Positions 50,174-62,320 of a DNA stretch of 64,000 bases are shown here, in pieces (position 1 is the first letter of the stretch; each line of letters begins with the position of its first letter). The notes beneath the pieces were generated by a model. That model searched no databases and was not told where the DNA came from. It saw only the letters and a program-made list of their open reading frames with translations. This DNA is from Scyliorhinus canicula (Eukaryota). The stretch covers positions 32,405,990-32,469,989 of the forward strand of contig NC_052158.1 of NCBI RefSeq assembly GCF_902713615.1. Reading direction: 5' to 3'. The translations under genes and the position numbers were made by a program.

Positions 50174-50433
50174 CTGTTAAAGGAAGGAGAGGCATTAAAA
50201 AAATGTTCATCATTCGAGAGATGGAGACAGAGCATAAGATACAAAAGCAGATAGAAAGAGCCAGACAGAGAGAGACACAACACAGCAAAAGAAAGAGGTT
50301 CTCAGTCACACTTACATGGAGGGCGGACAGACAGACTTACAGACAGAAATTATTAGAGTGAATAAGATGCAGAATGAAGAATGATTCACACAGTTAATAC
50401 ATAGATCTAGAGGATGTTTGATCATCAGCTTAC

Positions 50434-50466
50434 TCTTTGTAGGATTGTAGCCACTCTTCCCTCTCC
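50434..50466 (-). CDS. MHC class I cytoplasmic exon 6 (locus 2)
   Basis: TTTTGCAG|GG...A|GTAAG, 33 nt, (G)RGKSGYNPTK with the conserved tail tyrosine. Confidence 0.88.
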
Positions 50467-50939
50467 CTGCAAAACAAAGAATGTTCAGTGAGTGACGAGA
50501 GATTGAAAGAAAATCAGAGAGAGGCTGGAAGTCTGAATGTAATGGACTCTTCCTCACACTCAGCCCCTCTAACAGAATGTTGAGATGCTCGTGCCCTGCC
50601 CTGACCCCACATCCCCTTGACCCAAGCCCCATCCTTCCCCCAACCCCAGCCCCATCCCTCCACCGATACCAAAATCTCCCACCACACCCCTCTGAAACAA
50701 CTGCCCCACACTCTCCCCTCCTGCTCCCCCTCCCAGGGACCCCAGCTTCCTCCTCCCCCATCTGGGCCCCAGTCCTGCATTCCCCACCCACCCCTTGACC
50801 CCAGGGGTCATTCTAAAACCCCCCTCGAAATCCAACCCGACACTCCCTCATGCCCATCCTAGCCCCACACTCCTCACTCCCCTCGTCCCAGACCCCATCA
50901 CCCCACCCAATCCCACACTTCCCCTCATGACCCCAACTC

Positions 50940-53010
50940 CCGTACTGACAAAAGACCCTCACTCCCGTACTGACCAGAGACCCTCACTCCCTTACTGACC
51001 TGAGATCTCACTCATGTACTGACCAGCGACACTCACTCCCATACTGACCAGACACCCTCACACCTGTACTGACCAGAGACCCTCACTCCCGTACTGACCA
51101 GAGACCCTTACTCCCGTACAGAAGAGACCCTTGGCCCTGTACTGACCAGAGACCCTCACTCCCATACTGGCCAGACACCCTCACTCCCGTACTGAACAGA
51201 CACCCTCACTCCTGTACTGACCAGAGACCCTCACTCCTGTACTGACCAGAGACACTCCCGTACTGATCAGACACACTCACTCCATACTGACCCGAGACAT
51301 CACTCACGCACTGACCAGCAACCCTCACTCCCTTACTGACCAGACACCCTTGGTTCTGTACTGACCAGACACCCTCACTCCCGTACTGACCAGAGACCCT
51401 CACTCCCGTACTGGCCTGAGACCTCACTCACGCACTGACCAGCGACCCTCACTCCCGTACGGACCAGCGACCCACACTGCCATACTGACCAGACACTCTC
51501 ACTCCTGTACTGACCAGAGACCCTCACTCCTGTACTGACCTGAAACCCGTACTGACCAGACACCCTCACTCCTGTACTGACCAGAGACCCTCCCTCCCGT
51601 ACTGACCTGAAACCCGTACTGACCAGAGACCCTTACTCCCATACAGAAGAGACCCTCGCTCCTGTACTGACCAGAGACCCTCACTCCTGTACTGGCCAAA
51701 CACCCTCACTCCCGTACTGATCAGACACCCTCACTACTGTACTGACCAGAGACCCTCACTCCCGTACTGACCAGAGACCCTCACTCCCGTACTGATCAGA
51801 CACCCTCACTCCTGTACTGACCAGAGACCCTCACTCCCATACTGACCAGAGACCCTCACTCCCATACTGACCAGAGACCCTCGCTGCTGTACTGACCAGA
51901 GACCCTCGCTGCTGTACTGACCAGAGACCCTCACTCCCGTACTGACCAGACACCCTCGGTTCTGTACTGACCAGACACCCTCACTCCCGTACTGGCCTGA
52001 GACCCTCACTCCCGTACTGACCAGCGACCCTCACTCCCGTACTGACCAGCGACCCACACTGCCATACTGACCAGACACCCTCACTCCTGTACTGACCAGA
52101 GACCCTCACTCCCGTACTGACCAGCAACCCACACTGCCATACTGACCAGACACCCTCACTCCTGTACTGACCAGAGACCCTCACTCCCGTACTGACCAGA
52201 GACCCTCCCTCCCGTACTGACCTGAAACCCGTACTGACCAGAGACCCTTACTCCCGTACAGAAGAGACCCTCGCTCCTGTACTGACCAGAGACCCTCACT
52301 CCTGTACTGGCCAAACACCCTCACTCCCGTAGACCAGAGACCCTCACTCCCGTACTGACCAGAGACCCTCACTCCCGTACTGATCAGACACCCTCACTCC
52401 CGTACTGACCAGAGACCCTCACTCCCATACTAACCAGAGACCCTCACTCCCATACTGACCAGAGACCCTCACTCCCATACTGAATAGAGACCATCGCTCC
52501 TGTACTGACCAGAGACCCTCACTCCCGTACTGACCAGAGACCCTCACTCCCATACTGACCACAGACCCTCACTCCCGTACTGGTCAGACACCCTCACTCC
52601 GGGACTGACCAGAGACCTTCACTTCCGTACTGACCAGAGACCTTCACTCCCATACTGACCAGAGACCCTCGCTGCTGTACTGACCAGAGAACCTCGCTGC
52701 TGTACTGACCAGAGACCCTCACTCCCGTACTGGACAGACACCCTCACTTCCGTACTGATCAGACACCCTCACTCCCGTACTGACCAGAGACCCTCACTCC
52801 CGTACTGACCAGAGTCCCTCACTCCCATACTGACCAGAGTCCCTCACTCCCGTACTGACCAGAGACCCTCACTCCCGTACTGACCAGAGACCCTCACTCC
52901 GTACTGACCAGAGACCCTCACTCCCGTACTGACCAGAGACCCTCACTCCCGTACTGACCAGAGACCCTCACTCCCGTACTGACCAGAACCCTCACTCCCG
53001 TACTGATCAG
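50940..53010. repeat. 25-bp minisatellite (GACCCTCACTCCCGTACTGACCAGA), about 80 copies, preceded by C-rich low-complexity DNA
   Basis: Direct tandem repetition with interspersed variant units; lies in the TM-exon 6 intron of locus 2. Confidence 0.95.
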
Positions 53011-53131
53011 GGATCCTCACTGATAACCTGAACTGCTTGTCCAACCTGAATAGTGTTCTCACTTTTCAGAATCTATCCCTTCATCATGAGCCCCTTACTC
53101 TTCCTATCCCAGCCCTGGGGCTCTTTCACCC

Positions 53132-56100
53132 TGATGTGACCATCAATTCACGTACATGTGGTAAGAAGCAAACAGTGGTTTTAATCGTCTTACAACAGAG
53201 CCTGCCTGTGACAAGATTAACTCGATGAACTGGCAGGCAGGCTCACAACAGCAACCTTTATACTTCTGGTTAGGGGGAGGAGCAATGGGCGGAGCCAAGG
53301 GTGGAGCCCAGTACAAGCTCCTCATCTCCCCCTATGGGTAGAGCCATGCAACTACATATGCTCTGATACAAGGTACAGGCTCAACACATGTTGTACAATA
53401 CAGTGTTTATAATTCACCACATTCACTCCCTGTGAAAAAATCAAGTCTGGAGGGGGTGATGGCTTACAAATTGAGTCAGTCCGGTGGTCGAGTTGTCCGT
53501 TGTGATCCGCAGAGCACCGGGGTTGCAGCCTCTTCTGGTGGCTGGATGATCACGGTTGGTTGGGGTACGATGGCGGACTCCGGGGGTGATTCTGTCTGAA
53601 CTTCATACCCGTCTGGTTCGACTTGGGAATGGGGGCGTGGAACATGTGGGGCGACCCGGTAGGTACGTGGGCGTGACGAGTTGGGTGGGGTGTAGTGTGA
53701 GGGGTACCTCGGCGGTGGTAGTGGTGGGATTCGATCCTGTTGGCGCTAGGTCCCGGAGGGATACAGTGTCCTGACGGCCGTCAGGGTACTCTATGAAGGC
53801 GTATTGGGGGTTTGAGTGGAGTAGGATCACTATTTCTACGAGTGGGTCAGTTTTGTGTGCCCTGACATGCTTCCGGAGGAGAACCGGGCACGGTGTCTTC
53901 AACCATACTGGGAGCGAGGCCCCTGTGGTAATACCCCTGGAAAAAACGAAGAGCCGCTCGTGAGGAGTCTGGTTGGTGGCGGTACATAGGAGGGACCTAA
54001 TAGCGTGTAACGTGTCGGAGAGGACTTCCTGCCAATGGGAAACCGGGAGATTCCTGGACCGGAGGGTCAGTAGGATGGTTTTCCAGACCGTCACGTTCTC
54101 CCTCTCCACTTGCCCATTCCCCCTGGGGTTATAGCTGGTAGTCCTGCTCGAGGTGATGCCCTTGTCGAGCAGGTACTGATGCAGTTCGTCGCTCATGAAG
54201 GATGAACCCCGGTCGCTGTGTACATCGCTGGGGAAACCGAACAGGGTGAAGATACTATGCAGGGCCCTAATGACTGTGTGGGAGGTCATATCGGGGCACG
54301 GAATAGCAAAAAGGAAGCGGGAGAACTCGTCGAAGACATTCAGGAAGTATACATTCCGATTAGTCGAGGGGAGTGGCCCTTTGAAATCGATAGCGAGGCG
54401 TTCAAAGGGGCGAGAAGCCTTGACCAGGTGGGCCCTGTCTGGTCTCTAGAAATGCGGTTCGCACTCCGCACAGATCGGGCAATCCCTGGTGATGGCTTTT
54501 ACCTCCTCAGTGGAGAAAGGTAGATTTCGGGCCTTGACGTAGTGGGCAAGCTGGGTGACCCCCAGGTGGCAGAGGTCATTGTGGATGGCTTTGCGGCAGT
54601 CGCTCTGCGTGCTGGCGCACGTGCCGCGAGACAGGGCATCTGGGGGCTCGTTGAGCTTCCCCGGTCGATACATGATATCGTATTTGTAGGTGGAGAGTTC
54701 GATCCTCCACCTCAGGATTTTATCATTTTTAATTTTGCCCCTTTGCGAGTTATCAAACAGGAAGGCAACCGATCTTTGGTCGGTGATGAGGGTGAACCTT
54801 CTACCTGCGAAGTAGTGCCTCCAGTGACGAATAGCCTCCACAATGGCTTGTGCTTCCTTTTAGACTGAGAAGTGTCGAAGTTCTGAAGCGGAGAGGGTTC
54901 GGGAGAAAATGCGACTGGTCTCCCTGCCTGATTTAGTGTGACTGCTAGAGCGACCTCTGAGGCATCGCTCTCAACCTGGAAAGGGACGGATTCATCCACC
55001 GCCCGCATGGCGGCTTTGGCGATGTCCTCCTTGATGCAGTTGAAGGCCTGGCGAGCCTCAGCCGACAGGGGGAAAAGTGTGGCCTTAAATAGTGGGCGGG
55101 CTTTGTCCGCATATTGAGGGACCCACTGGGCATAGTATGAAAAGAATCCCAGGCACCGTTTGAGGGCCCTGGGACAATGAGGGAGAGGGAGTTCCAAGAT
55201 GGGGTGCATACGGTCCGGGTTGGGGCCCAGGACTCCGTTTTCCAAGACATAGCCAAGGATGGCTAGCCTGGTCGTGCGGAAAATGCATTTCTCCATGTTG
55301 TAAGTGAGGTTGAGTTTCTGTGCCTCCTGGAGAAATCGATGGAGATTGGCATCCTCGTCCTGCTGGTCATAGCCGCAGATGGTGACATTGTCCGAGTACG
55401 GAAACGTGGCCCGCAGCCCGTACTGGTCCACCATTCAGTCCATTGCTCATTGGAACACTGAGACCCCGTTCGTGACGCAAAAGGGAAATCGGAGGAAATG
55501 GAAGAGGCAGCCATCTGCCTCGAATGCCGTGTAGTGGCGGTCCTCCAGGCGTATTGGGAGCTGGTGGTATGCAGACTTCAGATCCACCGTGGAAAAGAGC
55601 CGATACTGGGCGATCTGATTCACCTGTCTGCAATCCTAGGAAGAGGTACGCATCGCGGAGCGTAAACCGATTAATGGTCTGACTATAGTCCACGACCATG
55701 CGGAATCTTTCCCCGGTCTTGACGACCACCACCTGAGAACTCCAGGGGCTGTTGCTGGCCTCTATGATCCCCTCACGTAGGAGCCTCCGGACCTCAGTTC
55801 TGATAAACACCCTGTCCTGCAGGCTGTACCGCCTGCTGCGAGTGGCTACGGGTTTGCAGTCCGGGGTGAGATTGGCAAAGAGTGGAGGGGGGAGATTCGC
55901 AGCGTGGCTAGGCTGCAGATAGTGAGTAGGGGCAAGGGCCCACCGAAGCTGAGGGTGAGACTTTTGAGGTTACACTGGAAGCCGAGTCCCAGTAAGAGTG
56001 CGGCACAGAGTTCGGGCAGGACGTATAGTTGAAAATTAGAGTAGCTAGCGCCTTGGATCGTTAGGGTCGCGACGGTGCGCCTTTGGAGGTGAACAGAGTG

Positions 56101-57672
56101 GGAGCCCGAAGCGAGGGAGATAGTTTGCCGTGCAGGAAAAACAGGGAGCGAACAGCGTCTTACCAGATCTGGGTGTACAAAGCTCTCGGTGTTCCCGGAG
56201 TCGAAGAGGCACGGTGTACTGTACCCGCTGATTTCAACGGTCATCATGGAGTTGCGGAGATACTTCGGACGCGACTGGTCCAACGTGACCGCGCTGAGTT
56301 GTGGGTAGCCGGCGGCTCGATCAGCTGTGCTGGAGTGGCCCCGTGATGAATGCGCGCTGAGGTCACAGTCCTCGATCTGAGTTGCCGAGTTTGGAGAGGA
56401 TGGAGCCCAAGGTGGCCGCCCCCGTGGATCGCACGTGGTGGGCGGCGAGGAAGATGGCGTCCAAGATGGCGGCCCCCATGAGTCGCATGTGGTGGGTGGG
56501 GGCGGAGTCGGAGTACAGGCCATGGAGTTACAGGGCCTGCGGGCCTGCGAATTCAGGGAGCGAGTGCTCTGGGCTGCGGGAGGGTTTGAGGCTGGAGCTT
56601 TCTTCGCCAGACATACTCTGGCATAGTGTCCTTTGCGACTGCAGTTGCTGCAGGTCGCGTTGCGGGTCGGGCAATGCTGCCGCGGGTGCTGGGGCTGGCC
56701 ACAAAAGTGGCAGGCTGGAGTAGCATAGTGGCTGGGTGGCCGCGCGGCGCAGGCCTGGGATAGTCACTGGTCGGGGGCCCATGACGGGGTCGCGGAGTCC
56801 GCGGGGAACGAGGTGAGGCTGCGGAACGAGACCTCCATAGTAGTGGCGAGTTCTACAGTGTCTTCAAAGTTTTGGGCCCCCTTCTCAAGCAACAGCTGGC
56901 CCACGTAACTGATCTGCAACAAATACATCGCGGACAGCGAGTTCCCTATGTTCTGCAGCATTTACAGCTTGGTAATTACAGTCCCGGAATAAGGTTTTTA
57001 AGTCTCTTAGGAATTCTTCTAGTGATTCCGTGGGGCGCTGGCGGCGAGTAGTAAAAGCGTGGCGCACGTAGACCTCATTGACGGGCCTCACGTACATTCT
57101 GTCCAGCAGGGCCAGGGCCTCTATATATGAGCCGGTACAATTAAGTTGAGTAGATATACGGTGGCTCACCCTTGCGTGCAGTAGACTGAGTTTCTGCTCC
57201 TCCGTAGTTTCTGTAGAGTGCTTGCTTCAGCCAGATAGGCCTTAAAACATTGGAGCCAGTGTGAAAAGATTTATTTCGTCTCTGCATCCTGTGGGTCAAG
57301 TTCCAGTCAATCAGGTTTGAGGGCTGATTCCATGGTCATTCCTTACTGTTTCTTAAGATTATTAAATTGATGAGACCATCAATTCACGCGACACGTGGTT
57401 AGAAGCGAACAGTGGTTTTAATCGTCTTACAACAGAGCCTGCCTGTGACAAGATGAACTCTTGATGAACTGGCAGGCAGGCTCACGACAGCAACCTTTAT
57501 ACTTCTGGTTAGGGGAGGAGCCATGGGCGGAGCCAAGGGTGGAGCCCAGTACAAGCTCCTCATCTCCCCCTATGGGTAGAGCCGCGCAACTACACATGAT
57601 CTGATACAAGGTACAGGCTCAACACATGTTGTACAATACAGTGTGGATTATTAGTATTTATAATTCACCACA
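53132..57672 (-). mobile_element. Full-length decayed Gypsy/Ty3 LTR retrotransposon (same lineage as 18536-23626)
   Basis: LTRs 53132-53421 and 57368-57672 (TG...CA), perfect 5-bp TSD CACCC, PPT; gag, LFDSGN protease, PYSDNV RT, ESDASE RH and GQVEREN IN in broken frames. Confidence 0.96.
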
Positions 57673-57797
57673 CACCCACTATGTGCTCCCCGACACCAAC
57701 CTGAGACCCACAGACTGAGCCACCCCCACACTGGAATATTCCCTCAGGATCCCTCCAACATCCAGTGTGGAGCTGCTGTTTTCCCTCCAGTTCCTAC

Positions 57798-57905
57798 CTT
57801 TCTTCTTGTAGATGACAACAGCCACAATGATGAGAGCGATGAGCAGCCCCACGATCACGAGCACAATCCCGACGATAACAGGAATCTGGGAGTGAGGCTT
57901 CGGCC
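57798..57905 (-). CDS. MHC class I connecting peptide/transmembrane exon (locus 2)
   Basis: CTAACAG|GG acceptor, G|GTAGG donor, 108 nt, (G)PKPHSQIPVIVGIVLVIVGLLIALIIVAVVIYKKK; phase 1/1; followed by the class I-type 33- and 48-nt exons. Confidence 0.9.
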
Positions 57906-57974
57906 CTGTTAGAGAGAGAAAATCAGAGAGACAGAGTGAATCAGGAAGAGAGAAAATGTGAGCATCCGAATTTT

Positions 57975-59260
57975 AAAGACCTCTATTTGGTCAACCCCAT
58001 CTCTCTGTTTTTCGGGAACAGAGACCCACCCTGTGAACCCCTCCCTGATATGTACATCCACTCATTTCTGGTATTATCTGTGTAAATCTTCTCCACAGCC
58101 TCTCCTTGTATAAAATGGTGACTGGAACTGCAAACGGTATCTAAATGTGGTCTAACCAAGGATTGATACAGGTTTAGCATAATATACATAATTTACAATT
58201 CTATTTTCGAGAAATGAAGCCTGGTTTCTCTTTGCTTTATTATGGCCTTGTCTAAGCTGTTACCCTAGTGTTTACCGATTGGTGTACTTGTACACCGAGA
58301 TCCCTTTGTCCCTGACCCCATCCAGACTTGCTCCTTCCAAGTAAGATGTGACCTCCCTGTTCATCCTTAATGAAAACTACCTCACATTTATCCGAGCTGA
58401 ACTTCATGCTCCAATTATTTGCCCATTCTACAAGTTTATAATGTCTATTCATTTGTTGCAATCCAGCTCAGTATCGATTAATCCAACCCAGTTTAGTGTC
58501 CTCTGCAAATTGAGAAATGGTGTTTTCGATTCTAATACCCACATCATTGAGTGCCAATTATGAACAGCGGTGATCCCAGCACTGATCCTTGTGGAACACC
58601 ACTTCCCACCGTCTGTCAATCTGAATAACGATCCTTCACTCTCGCTCTGTTTTTTGTCTTCAAGTCAGTTCCCAATCATTCTGCCATTGGGCCCCTTATT
58701 CCACATTCTCTTGACAACCATTAATCTATCATGAGTCACCTTATCTATTACATTTGAAAAATCATAGAACATGGAACATACAGTGCAGAAGGAGGCCATT
58801 CAGCCCATCAAATCTGCACCGATCCACTTTAGCCCTCACTTCCACCCTATCCCGGTAACCCAATAACCCCTCCTAACTTTTTTGGTCACTAAGGGCAATT
58901 TAGTATGGCCAATCTACCTAACCTGCACGTCTTTGGACTGTGGGAGGAAACCGGAGTACCAGGAGGAAACCCACGCAGTCACGGTGAGAACGTGCAGACT
59001 CTGCACAGACAGTGGTCCAACAGGGAATCGAACCTGGGACCCTGCCGCTGTGAAGCCACAGTGCTAGCCACTTGTGCTACAGTGCTGCCCAACCAGATTA
59101 AACTACATCTACTACGTCACCATTGTCCACTCCCTCTGTTACATTCTCAAAAAATCACTTATTGAGGTAAAGCAAAATGTAATATTTCAGAATCCAAGCC
59201 CCTGGTAGAAGAGATTCCATTATTTTTATGAAAGCTGATTTAATCTGTTTTAAGTCAACT
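57975..59260 (-). mobile_element. Decayed CR1 LINE fragment with nested SINE (58763-59090)
   Basis: CR1 ORF2 3'-region motifs on minus; SINE head GGGCAGCACTGTAGCACAAGTGG. Confidence 0.7.
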
Positions 59261-59267
59261 TCACAAA

Positions 59268-59460
59268 TACACAGGACCGTGTTCCTCCTATAATATCCCA
59301 GAAGACACTGGGCCTGTCCCTGCTGTAATATCCCAGCATATACCGGGCCCTGTTGCTCCGATAATATCCCAGGACACACAGGGCCCTCTCATACTGTAAT
59401 ACCCAGGATACACCAAGACACAATGGGGAATGTTTCACGGGTAAATCCCAGGACACACAA
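59268..59460. repeat. Diverged ~37-bp minisatellite (..GGGCCCTGT..TAATATCCCAG..), about 5 copies
   Basis: Recurrent TAATATCCCAG motif. Confidence 0.7.
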
Positions 59461-59619
59461 TTACCTGTCCTCTAATGGTGGTGTTTTGGATATTATGCAT
59501 TGGAGTTTAACATAAATGATTGGGAATGCTCCTCTAGACAACTTCCCCCACCGGGATTCGTCAAAACAGCGCCGGCGTTGGATGAGGGTGAGCACAGTAA
59601 GAAGTCTTACAACACCAAG

Positions 59620-59870
59620 TTGTCACTTGACAACAGCCCCTCCACAAACCACCTTCAAATTAGGCTGACCGCACTGCACGTATGCAAATTTCCCCGGAAC
59701 AGCTGATCAGTAGCTCTGCTCTGTTGCCCTCTGCTGGATGCTTGCCTTCACTCAAACTCCTTGGGTCTCCTTCGCAGGTACATCTCCAAATTAGGCTGAC
59801 TGCACTGCACATATGCAAATTTCCCCAGAACAGCTGATCAGTAGCTCTGCTCTGCTGCCCTCTGCTGGAT
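59620..59870 (-). repeat. About two inverted, diverged copies of the 131-bp array unit running into unique sequence
   Basis: Reverse complements of the unit, with CTCF motifs at 59723-59737 and 59854-59868 and octamers retained; the downstream copy continues GGTGGTTTGTGGAGGGGCTGTTGTCAAGTGACA. Abuts a Penelope terminus fragment (~59571-59620). Confidence 0.92.
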
Positions 59871-60446
59871 CTTTTTCGACATTTCCGGACATTTCCGCAA
59901 AATTGTGAACCATCCAATCAGGTAAGCACAACGTGTTACATCATCAGTTACCGGGCAGAATGAGTTGAAAGGAATTTGACAGAGGGAAGAACATTTGGAA
60001 CAGGAAGAGATCTGTGCCAACCATTCAATCAGATCACTGCTGACCTGAACTCCATTTTCTGACTTTGCTCCAGATCCTTAAATATTGTTACCCAATAAAA
60101 ATCTATCAATCTGAGGTTTAAATAATAATCTTTAATGAAATGAAATGAAAAGTGAAAATTGCTTATTGTCACAAGTCGGCTTCAAATGAATTTACTGTGA
60201 AAAGCCACTAATCGCCACATTCCGACGCCTGTTCGGTTTGGCTGGTACAGGAATTGAACTGCGCTGCTGGCCTGCCTTGGTCTGCTTTAAAAGCCATCTA
60301 TTAAGCCCTGTGCTAAACCAGCCCCTATTTAATAAGAACCTTTGTATGACAAGTAGGCTTACATTAACACTGCAATTAAGATACTGTGAAAATCCCTCAG
60401 GCACACTGAGGGAGAATTCAGAACGTCCAATTCACCTAACAAGCAC

Positions 60447-61165
60447 GGGCGCAATTCTCCGCAAATGCGGAGCGTCGTGAAGGCTGCCGTGAAACCGGCC
60501 GTGTTTCACGGCAGCCTCGCGCCCCCTCCCGGGACCCGATTCTGCTCCCCGGTCGGGGCTAGCAGCGGGGCCCCGTGAACCACGGCATCGCAGGCTTAGC
60601 GAACTTCGCTAAGCCCGCGCGCCAAAGTTAACGGCGGCTGACGCACACGATGACGTCAGACGCACATGCGCGGAATGGATGGCTCCAACCCGCGCATGCG
60701 CGGATGACATCATCACGCATATGGGTGAAACCCGCACATGCGCGGGCCGTTATGCCCCTCAGCCCCTGATCCAGCGGGGCGGCGGAGGAACAAAGAGTGC
60801 GCGGGGTTCGGATCCACTGCCCGTGGTCGGTGCCCACCAATTGCGGGCCCATGCCACCCTTCCGCGGCCGTGCCAATCGGTGCCATGGTTGTCGGGATCT
60901 GAACTTTGCGGCCGTTTTCACGAACGGTGAGAGCAGGTGAGTTTGCGTTCGTGAAAATGGCCGTAAAGGCCTGGGAAATCGGCCCATCGGCCAGGGGAGA
61001 ATCGCTGCTCGCCGTAAAAAACCGGCGAGCAGCGATTCGTGTCGGGGGACGGCCGTGGGGGTGGGGGGGTGGGGGGGGGGGAGAATAGCGGGAGGTCGGG
61101 AAAAATGTCGGGAAGGCCCTCCCGCTATTCCCCGACCCGTCGTGGGGGTCGGAGAATTGCGGCCC
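60447..61165. mobile_element. GC-rich MITE-like DNA element inserted in a SINE
   Basis: TIRs GGGCGCAATTCTCC / GGAGAATTGCGGCCC; internal hairpins; host SINE sequence resumes on both sides (~60320-60446 and 61166-61310). Confidence 0.8.
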
Positions 61166-61820
61166 ATGTCTTTCAGAACTTGTGTGAGGAAACCGGAGCG
61201 CCCGGAGGAAAACCACGCAGACATGGGGAGAGCTCCGCACAGACAGTGACCCAAACCAGGAATCAAACCTGGGACCCCGTCGCTGTGAAGCAACAGTGGT
61301 AACCACTGTGCTTAAAAGTTTAAATTGTCAGGTGCAGGAATGTGGTGACTAGGGGCTTTTCACAGTAACTACATTGTAGCGTTGGTGTCGGCCATACTTG
61401 TGACAATAAAAGATTATTAAAAATAAAAGTTCAAATTGTCCGAAACGTTCACAATTTTGTGAGGTGTGGATGTTGATTTTATCGCTGCTGAATCAGTTTA
61501 ACATTATAAACAGATCGGCAGATCACCCTGCAATAGTCTAAACTCTGGGGAAATAAGAGCCAGTTTATACTCAACATCGTGGTCCGAAGAGCCTGTTCTG
61601 TGCTGTATTTCTCTTTCTAGTTGAGTCTCACTTGGAACAGTGCTGGGAACTGAGTCTACATTCATGACTCAGAGCAAGAGACCGAGTGTAATGTGTCTAA
61701 ATTTGTAGATGCTACAAAGCTGGGTAGAAATGTAAACTGTGTGGGGATCTAGAGAGGCTGCAAACTTATTTAGAGAATGGGGTACAAGGTGGCAGAGTAT
61801 AACGTGGGTCAGTGTGGAGT

Positions 61821-62168
61821 TAGAACATAGAACAGTACAGCACAGAAAGGTCCTTCGCCCCTCGATGTTGTGCCGAGCAATGATCACCCTACTCAAACCC
61901 AAGTATCCACCCTATACCCGTAACCCAACAACCCCCCCCCCCCCCATTAACCTTACATTTTAGGACACTACGGGCAATTTAGCATGGCCAATCCACCTAA
62001 CCCGCACATCTTTGGACTGTGGGAGGAAACCGGAGCACCCGGAGGAAACCCACGCACACACGGGGAGGACGTGCAGACTCCGCACAGACAGTGACCCAGC
62101 CGGGAATCGAACCTGGGATCATGGAGCTGTGAAGCATTTATGCTAACCACCATGCTACCGTGCTGCCC
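61821..62168 (-). mobile_element. tRNA-derived SINE (HE1-like)
   Basis: Head GGGCAGCACGGTAGCATGGTGGTTAGC, B box GGTTCGATTC, tail ...ATGTTCTA. Confidence 0.87.
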
Positions 62169-62320
62169 TCAGTTACACTGTCTCCTGCCAAAGCAACATG
62201 GCCATCTGTGTATGCTCACTGATCAGCCCACACTTCACTCTTTTAAACCCAGCCTGCCAGAATGTCTTTAAGTGGAATCATGTTTATCCTTCAGTAACAA
62301 CATCCCACTCTCTTCTACTG

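Noticed and set aside
50317-50336. 20-nt candidate micro-exon between AAG and GTAAGT
   Set aside because: The 48-nt exon at 50126-50173 has a better acceptor and gives the expected Ser-rich class I tail.
51206-52372. Repetitive ORFs (VRVSGQY...), and similar ones at 15334-16507 and 63355-63996
   Set aside because: Translations of minisatellite units with no splice or domain support.
59463-59570. Possible alpha3 exon remnant (SCLEEHS, followed by a CAG|GTAA donor)
   Set aside because: Two in-frame stops, the Cys-to-donor distance is about 9 residues too long, and no other Ig C1 motifs are present; likely chance.
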